DNA of 64,000 nucleotides from Eledone cirrhosa. Its lineage: Eukaryota. Positions within the stretch are counted from its first letter, which is position 1, and every line of letters begins with the position of its first letter. Shown here in pieces: positions 1 through 49,416 of this stretch. Location: positions 11,780,001 to 11,844,000 of the forward strand of contig OZ024760.1 in NCBI GenBank assembly GCA_964016885.1. Direction: 5' to 3'. Both the position numbers and the translations under genes were made by a program. The notes under the pieces are model-generated. The model searched no databases and was not told the DNA's origin. It saw only the letters and a list, made by a program, of their open reading frames with translations.

Positions 1-226
1 GTATATATATATACATATATGTACATATATACATATGTATATATATATATATATACATATATGTACATATATGTATATATATATACATATATATATATGT
101 ATATATATATACAACATACATTGGGTACATTTTATTGGAAATACAGGTGTTGAATATTTTCTTTTGGAACTGTACTTTTGACAACCTAGCAAACACATAT
201 AGTGTTATCATTATTATTGTTAATGA

Positions 227-800
227 GGGTGGTGGGTTGGCAGTATTGGTAGAGGGTCGGACACCATGGGTGGTGGGTTGACAGTATCGGTAGAGGGTCG
301 GACACCATGGGTGGTGGGTTGGCAGTATCGGTAGAGGGTCGGACACCATGGGTGGTGGGTTGGCAGTATCGGTAGAGGGTCGGACACCATGGGTGGTGGG
401 TTGGCAGTATCGGTAGAGGGTCGGACACCATGGGTGGTGGGTTGGCAGTATCGGTAGAGGGTCGGACACCATGGGTGGTGGGTTGGCAGTATCAGTAGAG
501 GGTCGGACACCATGGGTGGTGGTTTGGCAGTATCGGTAGAGGGTCGGACACCATGGGTGTGTGGGTTGGCAGTATCGGTAGAGGGTCGGACACCATGGGT
601 GTGTGGGTTGGCAGTATCGGTAGAGGGTCGGACACCATGGGTGTGTGGGTTGGCAGTATCGGTAGAGGGTCGGACACCATGGGTGGTGGGTTGGCAGTAT
701 CGGTAGAGGGTCGGACACCATGGGTGGTGGTTTGGCAGTATCGGTAGAGGGTCGGACACCATAGGTGGTGGGTTGGCAGTATCGGTAGAGGGTCGGACAA
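227..800 (+). repeat. 41-42 bp minisatellite (~14 copies) made of a SINE 5' head
   Basis: Unit GGGTGGTGGGTTGGCAGTATCGGTAGAGGGTCGGACACCAT matches the head of the SINE copies at 41855 and 55550(-), and the array runs directly into a SINE body. Confidence 0.9.
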
Positions 801-975
801 CAGGCGCTTTGCAGCATAGAGTTATGCCCCAGTTGCTAATACTATCTATCTAATCTGAGTTCAAATCCTGCCAAGGTTAACTTTGCCTTTCATCCTTACA
901 GGGTCGATAAAATAAAGTACCAGTAATACACTGGGATAATTGCTGGCCTTGTGCCAAAAGTAGAAACAATTATTA
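762..975 (+). mobile_element. tRNA-derived SINE (abundant family)
   Basis: A-box-like TGGCAGTATCGG, B-box-like GAGTTCAAATCC, body CTTTGCCTTTCATCC..GGTCGATAAAATAAAGTACCAGT repeated more than 10 times in the window. Confidence 0.8.
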
Positions 976-2100
976 TTGTTGTTGTTGTTTAGTAGTAGTA
1001 GTAGTAGTAGTGGTAGTAGTAGTAGTAGTAGTGGTAGTTACTGCCAATTTCTCAACTCAACTGGTTCCATCAGGCTAAAGTTCTTATCTTTGATTTTCAT
1101 GACATCAAATGTTTATTATGAGGCAGTGAACCAATTATAGAAATCTCTACTGCTCCACCCCCTCTACAACCACTGCCACCATCACCACCACTTATATATA
1201 TATACACACACACACCACTACCAATATCATCATCACCCCTACCATCTCCACAACCTCCACCAGTAACAATAACTACAACACCCCTTCTCACCACCACTAC
1301 CACCACACCATCAGTACCTGGCCACACCTCCCACCATCGCTACCACATCCACCACCATCACTACCCCCCACCCCCACCACCACCGCCTCTACCCCCCACC
1401 ATCACTACCACCTCCATCACCACAACCATCGCTATCATCACCATCACACCACCTCTACTACCACATCCACCACCCTCGGTACCTCCCCTCTACCCACCAA
1501 AGATAACAACAAGATGATGTGGCTCCCTCTTCAGGTGAGTCAATAAATTGAAGTGGAATGGTTATAAATAAGACATTTAGTTGTTGACAGTTAGACATTT
1601 CTACTGAATCACAACTGAGAAGAACATCACACTGACAGAAAGCAACAACAACAGCAATAACAACAACAGAAATAACATCAACAACAACAGCAGCCAAAAC
1701 AACGACAGCAACAACAATAACAAGGAGAATCAACAGCAGCAAGATCACAAGTAAGATATTTCATTTTTCATCATCATTTCATTTTACGTTCGCTTTTTCC
1801 CTGCTTGCAAGGGTGGGACGGGAACTGATGCTGGCTTGATTTCTACAGCTGGATGCCCTTCCTAACACCAACCTCATTTACAGTGAGTGCTGGGTGCTTT
1901 TTTGCCGTGGCACCTCCATGACCACTTTGCAGTGGAATGATATGGACCCCAGTCCCTATCGTCTCATTTCTACAGCTGTATATTATGTATATTATATGTA
2001 TATATATATATATATATGTGTATATATACATTCATATATACATGTACTCACATAGACACAAACTTACTTAGACTTAGAGGCTCCCACATCTTGAGACACA

Positions 2101-2280
2101 GGAAGCAGTAAAGGGCTCCAATGACCACAGTCAGTTAGGTCCATCAATACATCTCACAAGGCCAGGAAGCAGTAAAGGGCTCCAATGACCACAGTCAGTT
2201 AGGTCTAACAATACATCTCACAAGGCCAGGAAGCAGTAAAGGGCTCCAATGACCACAGTCAGTTAGGTCTAACAATACAT
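2101..2280. repeat. ~67 bp tandem repeat, ~2.7 copies
   Basis: GGAAGCAGTAAAGGGCTCCAATGACC occurs three times. Confidence 0.85.
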
Positions 2281-3034
2281 CATTCCAACTTTTGTTGAGG
2301 AGTTTCAGGTCTCACACACACACACACAAACAAAAAAGTGAACACACCCAGTACACTCTGTAAAGTGGTTGGTGATAGGAAGGGCACCCAACCGTACAAA
2401 ACCTGCCAATCAAAATGTCAGGCGGGTTCTTCAGCTGTGTCAATGACATGACAACCTCTCTAGTGTTGGTGATCTACAGGATAAACACGCCCAGTACACT
2501 CTGTAAAGTGGTTGGTGATATGAAGGTCGTCAAGCCATAGAAAACCTGCCAAACAAAGAATTGAGAGGACTCTTCAACTGTGTCAAAGACATGGCAACCT
2601 CCCTAGTGTTGGTGCCATGATGAAATATATTGGGTGAGATCAGTGACTCAGGCTACCTGCTCACCTGGTCTGTAACGATACATCCAACACTTGCTAAGAG
2701 GGAAATACAAAATGTTGAATGATGATGGTGATGATGATGATACATTTTATCAAGGCTTAGAATATTTATGAAAGTGGAATCTGCCCATGTATGTCTATTG
2801 CAGGCTTGCTGGTGGTTGACATGACAAATACACACACATACATTAGCATACTCACACACGCACACAAACACACACAGAAACACAAACACAAATACATACA
2901 CACACAAACGAAAACACAAACACATGCCCATCTTTATATATATATATGTATATATATTATATTATATATATATATATATATATATTTATGTTCCTCTCCA
3001 GGTTTTGTGCTATCACCAAGTGTTCCTCTCCAAA

Positions 3035-19822
<16,788 letters not shown>

Positions 19823-20258
19823 AACAACTGCAACAACAACAACAACAACAGCAGCAGCAGCAACAACAACAACGACATCAACAACAACAACAACAACAAC
19901 AACAGCAGCAGCAGCAACGACATCAACAACAACAACAACAACAACAACAGCAGCAGCAGCAACAACAACAACGACATCAACAACAACAACAATTACAATT
20001 ACAATGATTACAATAATGATTTTAAAAAAATATATATGACGATGATGATGATGATGGTGATGATGGTGATGTTGGTGCTGTTGGCGATGATGGTTATGGT
20101 GATGTTGGTGATGATGGTGATGTTGGTGGTGATGATGATGATGATGGTGGTGGTGATGATGATGATGATGATGATGGTGGTGATGATGATGATGATGGTG
20201 AAGATGGTGAAGATGGTGATGGTGATGGTGGTGATGTTGTCATTGCCTATGACTCTGG

Positions 20259-20296
<38 letters not shown>

Positions 20297-21181
20297 CTGA
20301 AGAGGAGAATTGTGATGATGATGGTGATGATGATGATGATGGTGATATTTATATTTTCTTACACCAAGCTTTATTTATAATAGAAATATAATATTGAATG
20401 ATGATGACGATGGCGATGATTATGCTGATGGTGGTGGTGGTGATGGTGATGATGGTGAAGATGGTGGTGATGATGATGGTGATGGTGATGATGGTGATGG
20501 TGATGGTGATGATGGTGATGGTGATGATGATATCTTGTGTAAAATATTGTTTTAGCTGCTAATAACATCTTTTTTTAAATATATTTTCTGATATTGAGAT
20601 TTATTTAAAATAAAAATATATTATTGAGTGACAATAATAATAATTGCTTCTACTTTAGGCACAAGGCCAGCAATTACCCAGTGTATTACTGGTACTTTAT
20701 TTTATCGACCTCGTAAGGATGGAAGGTAAAGTTAACCTCGGCGGGATTTGTGATAATAATAATATTGTTTGTAATCGAACCCTTGACATTATGATTGTAA
20801 GACCAACACCCTTACCACTGGGCCATACACTTTCACATTGACATAATAATAATGTACAAGGCCAGCAATTTGGGGTGGGGACCGGTCAAATCAATAATAT
20901 TGATCCAGAACTTGACGAGGGCTTCACATTATTGACACCCGAAAGGATAAATAGTAAAGTTGACTTTAGTGGGATTTGAACTCAGAACATAAAGAGACGA
21001 AACAAACACTGTTAAGGATTTGCTGGACGCTCTACTGACTCTGCCATTCCACTGTCCTTGTTGACTGAATAATAATGGTTTCTGATTTAGACAAAAGGCC
21101 AACAATTTCGGAAGAGGGGAGGGGAAAGTTGATGAAATCAGCCCAGTATGTTACCGGTACCTTATTCTAACAAACCCAGTA

Positions 21182-21381
21182 NNNNNNNNNNNNNNNNNNN
21201 NNNNNNNNNNNNNNNNNNNNNNNNNNNNNNNNNNNNNNNNNNNNNNNNNNNNNNNNNNNNNNNNNNNNNNNNNNNNNNNNNNNNNNNNNNNNNNNNNNNN
21301 NNNNNNNNNNNNNNNNNNNNNNNNNNNNNNNNNNNNNNNNNNNNNNNNNNNNNNNNNNNNNNNNNNNNNNNNNNNNNNNNN
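21182..21381. other. Assembly gap (200 N)
   Basis: Run of N. Confidence 1.
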
Positions 21382-21388
21382 AATATAT

Positions 21389-21420
<32 letters not shown>

Positions 21421-21486
21421 ATATATATATATATATATAATATATATATATATATATAATATATATATATATATAATATATATATA

Positions 21487-21538
<52 letters not shown>

Positions 21539-21681
21539 AATATATATATATATATTATATATATAATATATATATATATAATATATATATATATATATAA
21601 TATATATATATATATATAATATATATATATATATAATATATTTATATATATATAATATATATATATATATATAATATATAT

Positions 21682-21713
<32 letters not shown>

Positions 21714-21788
21714 ATATATATTATATATATATATATATATTATATATATATATATATATTATATATATTTATTAAAATAACAGATTAA

Positions 21789-21839
21789 AGTTTAAGCAAA
21801 AAATCGCTGCTTTCACCCTTAACGGGATCTTCTGAAACT
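21789..21839 (-). ncRNA. Hammerhead-like motif, family C (CAGAAGA core)
   Basis: Inverted partner of 21850-21900. Confidence 0.6.
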
Positions 21840-21849
21840 AACTAAGGTT

Positions 21850-21900
21850 AGTTTCAGAAGATCCCGTTAAGGGTGAAAGCAGCGATTCTTTGCTTAAACT
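21850..21900 (+). ncRNA. Hammerhead-like motif, family C (CAGAAGA core)
   Basis: AGTTT-CAGAAGA-TCCC(GTTAA)GGGT-GAAA-GCA(GCGATTCTT)TGC-TT-AAACT; all three stems pair. Confidence 0.65.
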
Positions 21901-22147
21901 TTAATCTGTTATTTTAATAAATATTTGCTCTACGGTTCTTATATATTTGATATATATTTTCCTTATCGAGCCCTCTTTGGATTTTAGTCTTCAATTTTAT
22001 TATTACTATATATATATATATATATATATTATATATTATATATATATTATATATATATATATATTATATATATATATATATATTATATATATATATTATA
22101 TGTATATATATATATATTATATATATATATATTATATATATATATAT

Positions 22148-22179
<32 letters not shown>

Positions 22180-22239
22180 ATATTATATGTATATATATAT
22201 ATTATATATATATATATATTATATATATATATATATTAT

Positions 22240-22440
22240 ATAGGAACCAGTAAGACCCCGACAGCTGAGCTCAAGCCGTTTCGACGGCTAATTCTGGACT
22301 GAGTCCAGAATTAGCCGTCGAAACGGCTTGAGCTCAGCTGTCGGGGTCTTACTGGTTCCTATTACCCACTCTACTACCTCAAGTATTGAGTACTTTGGTG
22401 CGTTATGGTCCACCTGGTTCCTTACCACATTTCCTTCATC
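22240..22440. mobile_element. Fold-back element, family D
   Basis: ~60 bp perfect arms with a 3-nt apex near 22300, plus the shared tail. Confidence 0.75.
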
Positions 22441-22725
22441 ATCATCATCATCATCAGGTTTAGCGTCCGTGTTCCACGCTTGCATGGGTTTGGACGGGGG
22501 TTTTCCCACTTGAGGCAAGAGTGGTTGTCTTGCTCGCATAGGACTGTCTGGCGGGTTTTCTACAGTTGGATGCCCTTCCTAACACCAACCACATTTACAG
22601 TGTGGGGCTGGGAGGTTTTTACCGTGTTGCCTACACGGCCACATTTACAGCGTGGACTGTGTGTTTTTTGTCGTGACACCTACACGATCTCATTTGTTAT
22701 ATAATATATATATATATATATATAT

Positions 22726-22775
<50 letters not shown>

Positions 22776-22815
22776 TATATATATAATATATATATATATA
22801 ATATATATATATATA

Positions 22816-22847
<32 letters not shown>

Positions 22848-22925
22848 ATATATATATATATATATAATATATATATATATATAATATATATATATATATA
22901 TAATATATATATATATAATATATAT

Positions 22926-22957
<32 letters not shown>

Positions 22958-22965
22958 ATATATAT

Positions 22966-23039
<74 letters not shown>

Positions 23040-23182
23040 ATATATATATATATATAATATATATATATATATATAATATATATAATATATATTATAATAT
23101 ATATATATATAATATATATTATAATATATATATATATAATATATATATATATAATATATATATATAATATATATTATAATAT

Positions 23183-23291
<109 letters not shown>

Positions 23292-23309
23292 TATATATAA
23301 TATATATAA

Positions 23310-23362
<53 letters not shown>

Positions 23363-23407
23363 ATATATATATATATTATAATATATATATATATTATAAT
23401 ATATATA

Positions 23408-23520
<113 letters not shown>

Positions 23521-24351
23521 CGTGTGTGAATAAAATATCATTATGGAGACATTTAAAACAATGAAGAAATCTTCTTTAAAACACATTTGTTTAAATACTT
23601 TTATTTAATTCAACATTAAATTTAAATACTGCATTACATTTGTGTTGGGGGGGGGGGGGGGGGCGTCTGTTTGATTTGGGATTCTTTTGATTTTGTGTCA
23701 AACAAAAACATTGTATTGTTTTTCTTGTTATTTTTTATTTTGTTTATTTTGTCCTGCCCCCCCACCCCTCTGCTCGTCACCCCACCCCCGCTGCCGAGAG
23801 TTTCCTGCACAGGAGAATATTTTAGACCATGTGTGTTAGTGGTGTTGCTGGTATTACTGATGGTAGCATTGCTGGTGGTGGTGGTGGTGTTGCTGGTAGT
23901 GGAGGTGGTGTTGGTGGTGGTGTTGTTGGTAATGGTGGTGGTGTGTGTGTTGTTGCTGGTATTACTGATGGTAGCATTGCTGGTGGTGGTGGTGGTGTTG
24001 CTGGTAGTGGAGGTGGTGTTGGTGGTGGTGTTGCTGGTAATGGTGGTGGTGGTGTGTGTGTTGTTGGTGGTATTGGTGTTGCTGGTAGTGGTGGTATTGG
24101 TGGTGGTGTTTCTGGTAGTGGTGGTGGTGGTGGTGGTAGTGTTGGTGGCGGTGTTAATTAGTAAAAGTTTGTGAAGGTTGGCAAAAAGTGCAAAGAACAT
24201 CAACCAGATTTTAGGAATGGCACCAGAGTGGCTCTACAGATGGCCCCACAATGACACCTCTGATATAAAGATAAGAACATTGAAATCTTTAAGAGACCAA
24301 AAGAGAAAAAGCCATAAACCAAATGTAAATTTTGCATAGTAGTATGTGTAT

Positions 24352-24385
<34 letters not shown>

Positions 24386-25063
24386 GTGTACATACACATA
24401 CATATATATACATACTTATATATACACATATCTATATATATATATATATATGTATGTATATAGTGTGATTCAGCTGTGACAAGGACATGGCAGCTTCTAT
24501 CACCAACCACTCTGTAAAGTGTTTGGTGATAGAAAGAACACCGAGTGGTAGAAAACTTGCCAAATACAGAGTTGGGAAGACTCTTCAACTGTGTCTAAGA
24601 CATGACAACCTCTCTAGTGCCGGTGCCATGACAATATACCCCTGATGAAGCATAGGATCATATGTGACTGAGGTGGTATTTTATCTGACCCTAGACCAAT
24701 GTTTTTAATCTATCACCCTTTAATAGTAATTGTTTCTATATTAGGCACAAGACCAATTTAAAGGGAAGGGGAGAAAAAAAAATCAATTAAATCAACCCCA
24801 GTGCATTACTGGTACTTTATTTTATCGACCCCTTAAGGATGAAAGGCAAAGTTCACCTCAGCGGGATTTAAATTCAAAACATAAAGGGTCGTAACTCTAT
24901 GCCACATACCCGGTTGTCCGACGCTCCACCGATTACTGCCAATCCACCACCTTATTTAGGCACAAGGCCAGCAATTTTGGGAGGAGAGAAAAGTCGACTA
25001 AATCGATCTCTGTGCATGACTAGTACTTCCTTTTATCAACCCCATAAGAATGAAAGGCAAAGC

Positions 25064-25095
<32 letters not shown>

Positions 25096-25269
25096 GTAAT
25101 AACAATAATAATAGTAATAACAATAAAAATAGTAATAACAATAAACAATCAAACAATTGGTTTGTCTTAGATTTCTTGTCAATCTCAATACAGAAGTGCC
25201 ATTTTTTTTGTTTTGTGTTTTCTTAAATAAAGAATTAGTGATGTAGTTTTTATCTTTTTTAATTTAGAT

Positions 25270-25322
<53 letters not shown>

Positions 25323-25407
25323 ATGTGTATTCTGTATGTGAATGTGTATTAAGAATCTCTTCACAAACTGCAACATGTCCCATGAATATTTAATAAGACT
25401 ATTATCA

Positions 25408-43790
<18,383 letters not shown>

Positions 43791-43930
43791 TTCTTCTGAC
43801 ATATGAAAGAAAGAAAGAAAAACAGAGACATGAAGAACCAGCTGTAAGTAAAAACAGAAGACAAAAACAATACCAAGTGTGCAGTACAAGGTGTTAGTAT
43901 TAGGTTCACGCTTGAGAGTGGGGGGTGGGG

Positions 43931-43965
43931 GACGACGTTTCGGGCATAAGCCCTTCATCAGGAGA
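43931..43965 (-). ncRNA. Penelope-type minimal hammerhead remnant
   Basis: CTGATGA-AGGGC(TTAT)GCCC-GAAA-CGTCGTC; stem I does not pair. Confidence 0.45.
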
Positions 43966-45393
43966 AAAGTGGGAAGGAAAAGAGTTCTGAGTGTGTGAGG
44001 GGGAGTGGTGGAAAGACATTAAAAGAGAGGGAAATGAAGAGAAGGAAAAAAAATTAAAAAGAGGGTAAAAAAATTAAAATGAAACAAGTGGTGAAAGGGT
44101 GTGAGGCGTGTGGCGGTGGTGGTGGTGGGTGGATGGATGAAGAGGAGAGACAGGGGGTCCGAGCGGGGAGGGCGGAAGGTGGTGTGTGTGTATGTGTGTA
44201 GGTGTACGTGTGTGTGTAGGTGTACATGTGTGTGGATGTGAGTGTGAGAGTTTGGGGGGAAGAACGAGGTTCCATGTTAGGGTAATAGGAAAACCAGTAT
44301 GTACATGGGGTGGGGTGTAAGTCAGTGTGTGTGCGTGTGTGCGTTTGGATGGAGAGGGGTCAGAAGGAGTGGGGGAGAGGGGGCGTGCGGGGTCTGGAGG
44401 GCGAGTATGTGTATGTGAGGATACGCATGTATGTGTGTGTGTTTTTGTGTGGTGTGTGCGAAAATAGTGTAAGTGTTTGTGTGCGTATAACAGGGTGGAT
44501 GTCTGGAGCGGTGTGACCAGTGGGGTAGAATGGTGCGGAGGAAGCAGAGACTTGTGGGGGTGCGTGCACAACAGGAAGTGGTCAAGAGGGTCAAGGCAGG
44601 GCGGCGGATGCGGGAGAGAGGAGATAGCAGTGGGAGGGTGACAGACAGGCAGTGGTAGGGATGAAGGCAGAGGGATGGGTGTTAGGGATGGTCTGTATGT
44701 GTGTGTGGAGGTGCGGTGGACAGGGGTGGGGGATGGCTATGTGTGAAAGGTTGAGGGAGAGGGTGGCGGTGTTTGTGTGTGTGGGGGGGTGTATATTAGT
44801 GGAGGTGTTAGTGGGACGTGCGTGTGTGGGGGAGGGGGGTAGTGCTGGGGCGGGGGGAGGTGCTGGGGTCAGTATGAGTGAGCGTAATGTACTGGTGCGT
44901 GTGTGCGTGTTTGGGTATGAGTGTGTGTGTGTGTTTGGTAGGGTGGGTGTTAGTATTATTAATAGGGGGGGGGGTTTGAATACGGGTGTGTGAGTGGGGC
45001 TTAGTGGTGGTAGTGTGGGTGTGGAGTGGGTGGTGTATCAGTGTGTACATGGGTGTGTGTGAGTGCATGTATGCTGGTGTGTGTTCATGTGTGTGTGGTG
45101 AGGGGGAAGGTGGGTTGGGGGATGTTTAGCATTATTAGTAGTAGGGTGGTCGGATGTGCATATACATATATATATATATATATATATGCTTATATATATT
45201 GTCAAAGTTCTTTCGTCACATATTCTGTGACCTCCTCAGTGACAAGGTTTTTATTTTCTGTCTCTCCTTTGTTCTGTCCTACACAATCTTGTTTTTGTGT
45301 TTGTATTGGCAGCATCAGCCTCCCAAAGTATAACAATATCTGTTTCAACACACGTGTTCAGATAAGAAATCTTGCAAAACAAATTCAAAAACC

Positions 45394-45433
<40 letters not shown>

Positions 45434-45561
45434 GTGTGTGTGAATGTGTACATGCATATATCTATATATAACCCACAGCAGCATGGTAAAACCATGATGT
45501 ATCAAAGTGATATATATATATAGAGAGAGAGAGAGCAAGAGAGAGAAAGAGAGTGTGTGTG

Positions 45562-45700
<139 letters not shown>

Positions 45701-45718
45701 GTGTGTGTGTGTGTTCTG

Positions 45719-45750
<32 letters not shown>

Positions 45751-46203
45751 AAGAGAGAGTGTGTGTGTGTGTGTTCTGTATATATATATAGAGAGAGAGA
45801 GAAAGAGAGAGAGTGTGTGTGTGTGTTCTGTATATATATATATATACACAGAACACACTGATCTTTAATCTTCAACCTGAATTTAGCAGAAATAAACAAA
45901 CATACTGCTTGCCAAACCTTCTGTCTCTCCCACTCCCAATGTCTGCCGCCCCTCCTCCGTATCTCCCCCCGCCCTGCACCACCCCAGAGATCTACTGGCA
46001 TAAGAACAGTCTTTGAGAACCGTGTATGATTCCAACCAACATTCACCAGATCTAACAAGGTCCAAACCAATGAAAGATCATCACCCCACTCCTCACTCGC
46101 CCACCTCCATCCACCGTGCTCTTTCACAAGACTGCGACCATGCTGGGGCGGCATTGCCTTCAAGAGATTTCGTTGATTATATCAACCTCAATATATTTTT
46201 TAT

Positions 46204-46242
<39 letters not shown>

Positions 46243-46339
46243 CATATATATATTATAGAGAAGAATCAGGACGCTACAATACCATGTATTGAGTACTCTG
46301 TTGTAATGGTCTAACCAGTTTCAAACTGAATTCATCCAG

Positions 46340-46400
<61 letters not shown>

Positions 46401-46569
46401 AATGAAAGGTATAGAAAAAAAATATATATATATATATATGCAAAGTTTTATTTAAATTGTTGGGTTACAACGAGAAAATATTTATAACTGATATAAAAGC
46501 ACTCAACAAGTATTTGGAGTATATTTACGATATTAAATAAATGGAAACTATATTTATAAAACCATATTT

Positions 46570-46633
46570 ATTTCATTATATATATTTCAGGGATATCATA
46601 TTAAAAATATGGTATGCTTTCTTCAGACAAAAT
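46570..46633 (-). ncRNA. Type I hammerhead, family A variant (CUGAAGA)
   Basis: Inverted partner of 46735-46798. Confidence 0.65.
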
Positions 46634-46734
46634 ACAATATAAACAGTCTTATAAATACCAAATCAACTTTTCAAATGGAAGTTGAAGTTGAAAGGTATGT
46701 CAAATCTATCTATTTATAAGACTGTTTATATTGT

Positions 46735-46798
46735 ATTTTGTCTGAAGAAGGCATACCATATTTTTAATATGATATCCCTGAAATATATATAATGAAAT
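46735..46798 (+). ncRNA. Type I hammerhead, family A variant (CUGAAGA)
   Basis: ATTTTGT-CTGAAGA-AGG.ATA.CATATT(TTT)AATATG.TAT.CCT-GAAA-TATATA-TA-ATGAAAT. Confidence 0.75.
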
Positions 46799-46839
46799 AA
46801 ATATGGTTTTATAAATATAGTTTCCATTTATTTAATATC

Positions 46840-46884
<45 letters not shown>

Positions 46885-47284
46885 TATGTATTTATGCCTT
46901 TTGTCAAATCACAAAGTTACAAGTAGTAGTAGTAGTAATAGTAGTAGTAGTAGTGGTGGTGGTGGTGGTGGTGGAAGTGGTGGTGGAAGTGGTGGTGGTG
47001 GTAGGGGTGGTGGTGGTAGGGGTGGTGGTGGTGATGGTGATAGTGGTAGTTGTGGTGACTGAAGTAGTAGGGGTGGATGGGGTCACTATTACAAGGCCAC
47101 AACTTTGATAATTATCTCTGTCAAGTAGGTAACACTTGTGTGTGATTGTTGGTCTGTGGAAATAACAGGAACTGACCGAAACTTGAACATGGCACTTTTC
47201 ACTCATCAACATCATCATCAGCAGCAGCAACAGTGGTCACAAAAACAACACCAACAACACAATAGCAACTGCAGTCACAACAAT

Positions 47285-47790
47285 AATGAGATGCTGGTGA
47301 AGCCATCTGGAGGTGATACTCTGCCAGATGAGAACCGGGGGGGGGGGGGGGGGGACAGGTTATCAGGAGGTGATGCTGTACCAGATGAGATGCTGGTCCA
47401 ATTATCTGGAGGTGAGTTGTGCCAGATGAGATGTTGGTCAAGCCATCTGGAGGTGAGTTGTGCCAGATGAGATGTTGGTCGAATTATCTGGAGGTGAGTT
47501 GTGCCAGATGAGATGTTGGTCAAGCCATCTGGAGGTGAGTTGTGCCAGATGAGATGTTGGTCAAGCCATCTGGAGGTGAGTTGTGCCAGATGAGATGTTG
47601 GTCCAATTATCTGGAGGTGAGTTGTGCCAGATGAGATGTTGGTCAAGTCATCTGGAGGTGATGCTGGTGCCAGATGAGATGTTGCTCAAGCCATCTCGAG
47701 GTGAGTTGTGCCAGATGAGATCTGGAGGTAATGTTTTACCAGATGTGGTGCTAATCAAGTTAATCAGGATATATATGAAGCCATCTGGAG
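47285..47790. repeat. 41 bp minisatellite
   Basis: CCAGATGAGATGTTGGTCAAGCCATCTGGAGGTGAGTTGTG. Confidence 0.85.
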
Positions 47791-48094
47791 GTCAGGTGCG
47801 TCAGTAGGATATGGGTTTTGAAAAGATGCTGATATCCCCCCCCCCATAATTACCTCCAGATGAAACGTGACTAGCAGATGTTAAAACAAAACATCTGTTG
47901 AGAAATGACTGAGGGGGCTGATGGGTGAGAGAAAGAGAGAGAGAGATAGGGGGCAGGAGATGATGATGATGATGACACAGAAGCAGACAAAATGCGAGAG
48001 GAAGAGAAGAAAGAGTGAAGGGGAGAGAGAGAGAGATTCAAAAAAGTGAAAGGGAGAAACACTGAGGGGGAATTACAGATAGAAGAAGAACACC

Positions 48095-48131
<37 letters not shown>

Positions 48132-48133
48132 GT

Positions 48134-48166
<33 letters not shown>

Positions 48167-48440
48167 AGAATTAGTTGTTTTTAAAGTAAATGAATGAATT
48201 GCTAAGTAAATAGGATAACAGCATGACTCATGTTTTGGAAACGGAAATCTGCTGACAGTAAGAGAGGGGGGGGGTGAGAGGGGGAGAGAGAAAGGGAGAG
48301 AGAGATATCTGCTGACAGTAAGAGAGGGGGGTGAGAGGGGGAGAGAGAAAGAGGGATATATATAGAGAGAGAGGAGAGAGAGATACTGACAATAAGAGAG
48401 GGGTGAGTGGGTGAGGATAGAGGGATAGAGAGAGAGAGAT

Positions 48441-48484
<44 letters not shown>

Positions 48485-48486
<2 letters not shown>

Positions 48487-48772
48487 TTCTTTATTAGCCA
48501 CAGGGGCACAGAAGAAGGGGACAAATACAAAGGGGGAAGTTTACATACAATAAAAACGTGTAAAATATTATCACAAATGCAATTTAAAAATTAATCGACT
48601 TTTCCCAATAGGGGGAGACATTTCATATGGGTAACACATACCCCCGAAAAAATGTGCAACCCTCATCTCCAGGAGTACGAAGAGTTTGTACCCCTTTCCT
48701 CTCTTCCTCTCTTTCCTCAACCTACAGGCTGATATAGAGAGAAGGGCCAACCACTCGGGCCATTCTCGCCAT
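48485..48772 (-). mobile_element. 3' end of a LINE-like repeat associated with (GA)n/(GATA)n
   Basis: Ends GCTAATAAAGAAA; shorter copies at 48940-49030, 61365 and 61472-61538. Confidence 0.5.
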
Positions 48773-48877
48773 AGATAGATAGATAGATGACAGAAACAGA
48801 GGGGGAGGGGGAGTGAGAGGGATAGAGAGAAATCTGCTGAGAGTAAGAGAGAGGGGCTAGTGAGGGAGAGATAGAGG

Positions 48878-48937
<60 letters not shown>

Positions 48938-49030
48938 TATTTCTTTATTAGCCACAGGGGCACAAAAGAAGGGGACAAATACAAAGGGGGAAGTTTACAT
49001 ACAATAAAAACGTGTAAAATGTTATCACAG

Positions 49031-49074
<44 letters not shown>

Positions 49075-49222
49075 TGACAACAGGCAGTGGTTTGTGAGAG
49101 AATGATGAGTGGGTGAGATATAGAGAGATAGAGGGAGGAGGGGGTGTAGAAAGACAGAGAGAGAGATAGAGAAGTGTTAAGTAGATGAGCAGTTGGAGAA
49201 AGATGTAAAAAGGAAGGTTGTG

Positions 49223-49254
<32 letters not shown>

Positions 49255-49259
49255 CATAC

Positions 49260-49291
<32 letters not shown>

Positions 49292-49311
49292 ATATACATA
49301 TATATATATAC

Positions 49312-49416
<105 letters not shown>

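Noticed and set aside
186-800. Repetitive ORFs or a CRISPR-like array
   Set aside because: Head-to-tail units with no unique spacers; derived from a SINE head; eukaryotic context
1500-1540. Possible ABAT 5' UTR exon with CAG|GTGAGT donor
   Set aside because: Donor alone, with no clear acceptor or promoter evidence
24640-24670. CTGATGA with a small hairpin
   Set aside because: No GAAA or NUH in register
47408-47710. Repeated GAG|GTGAGT donor-like sites in the 41 bp array
   Set aside because: No linked + strand exon could be identified
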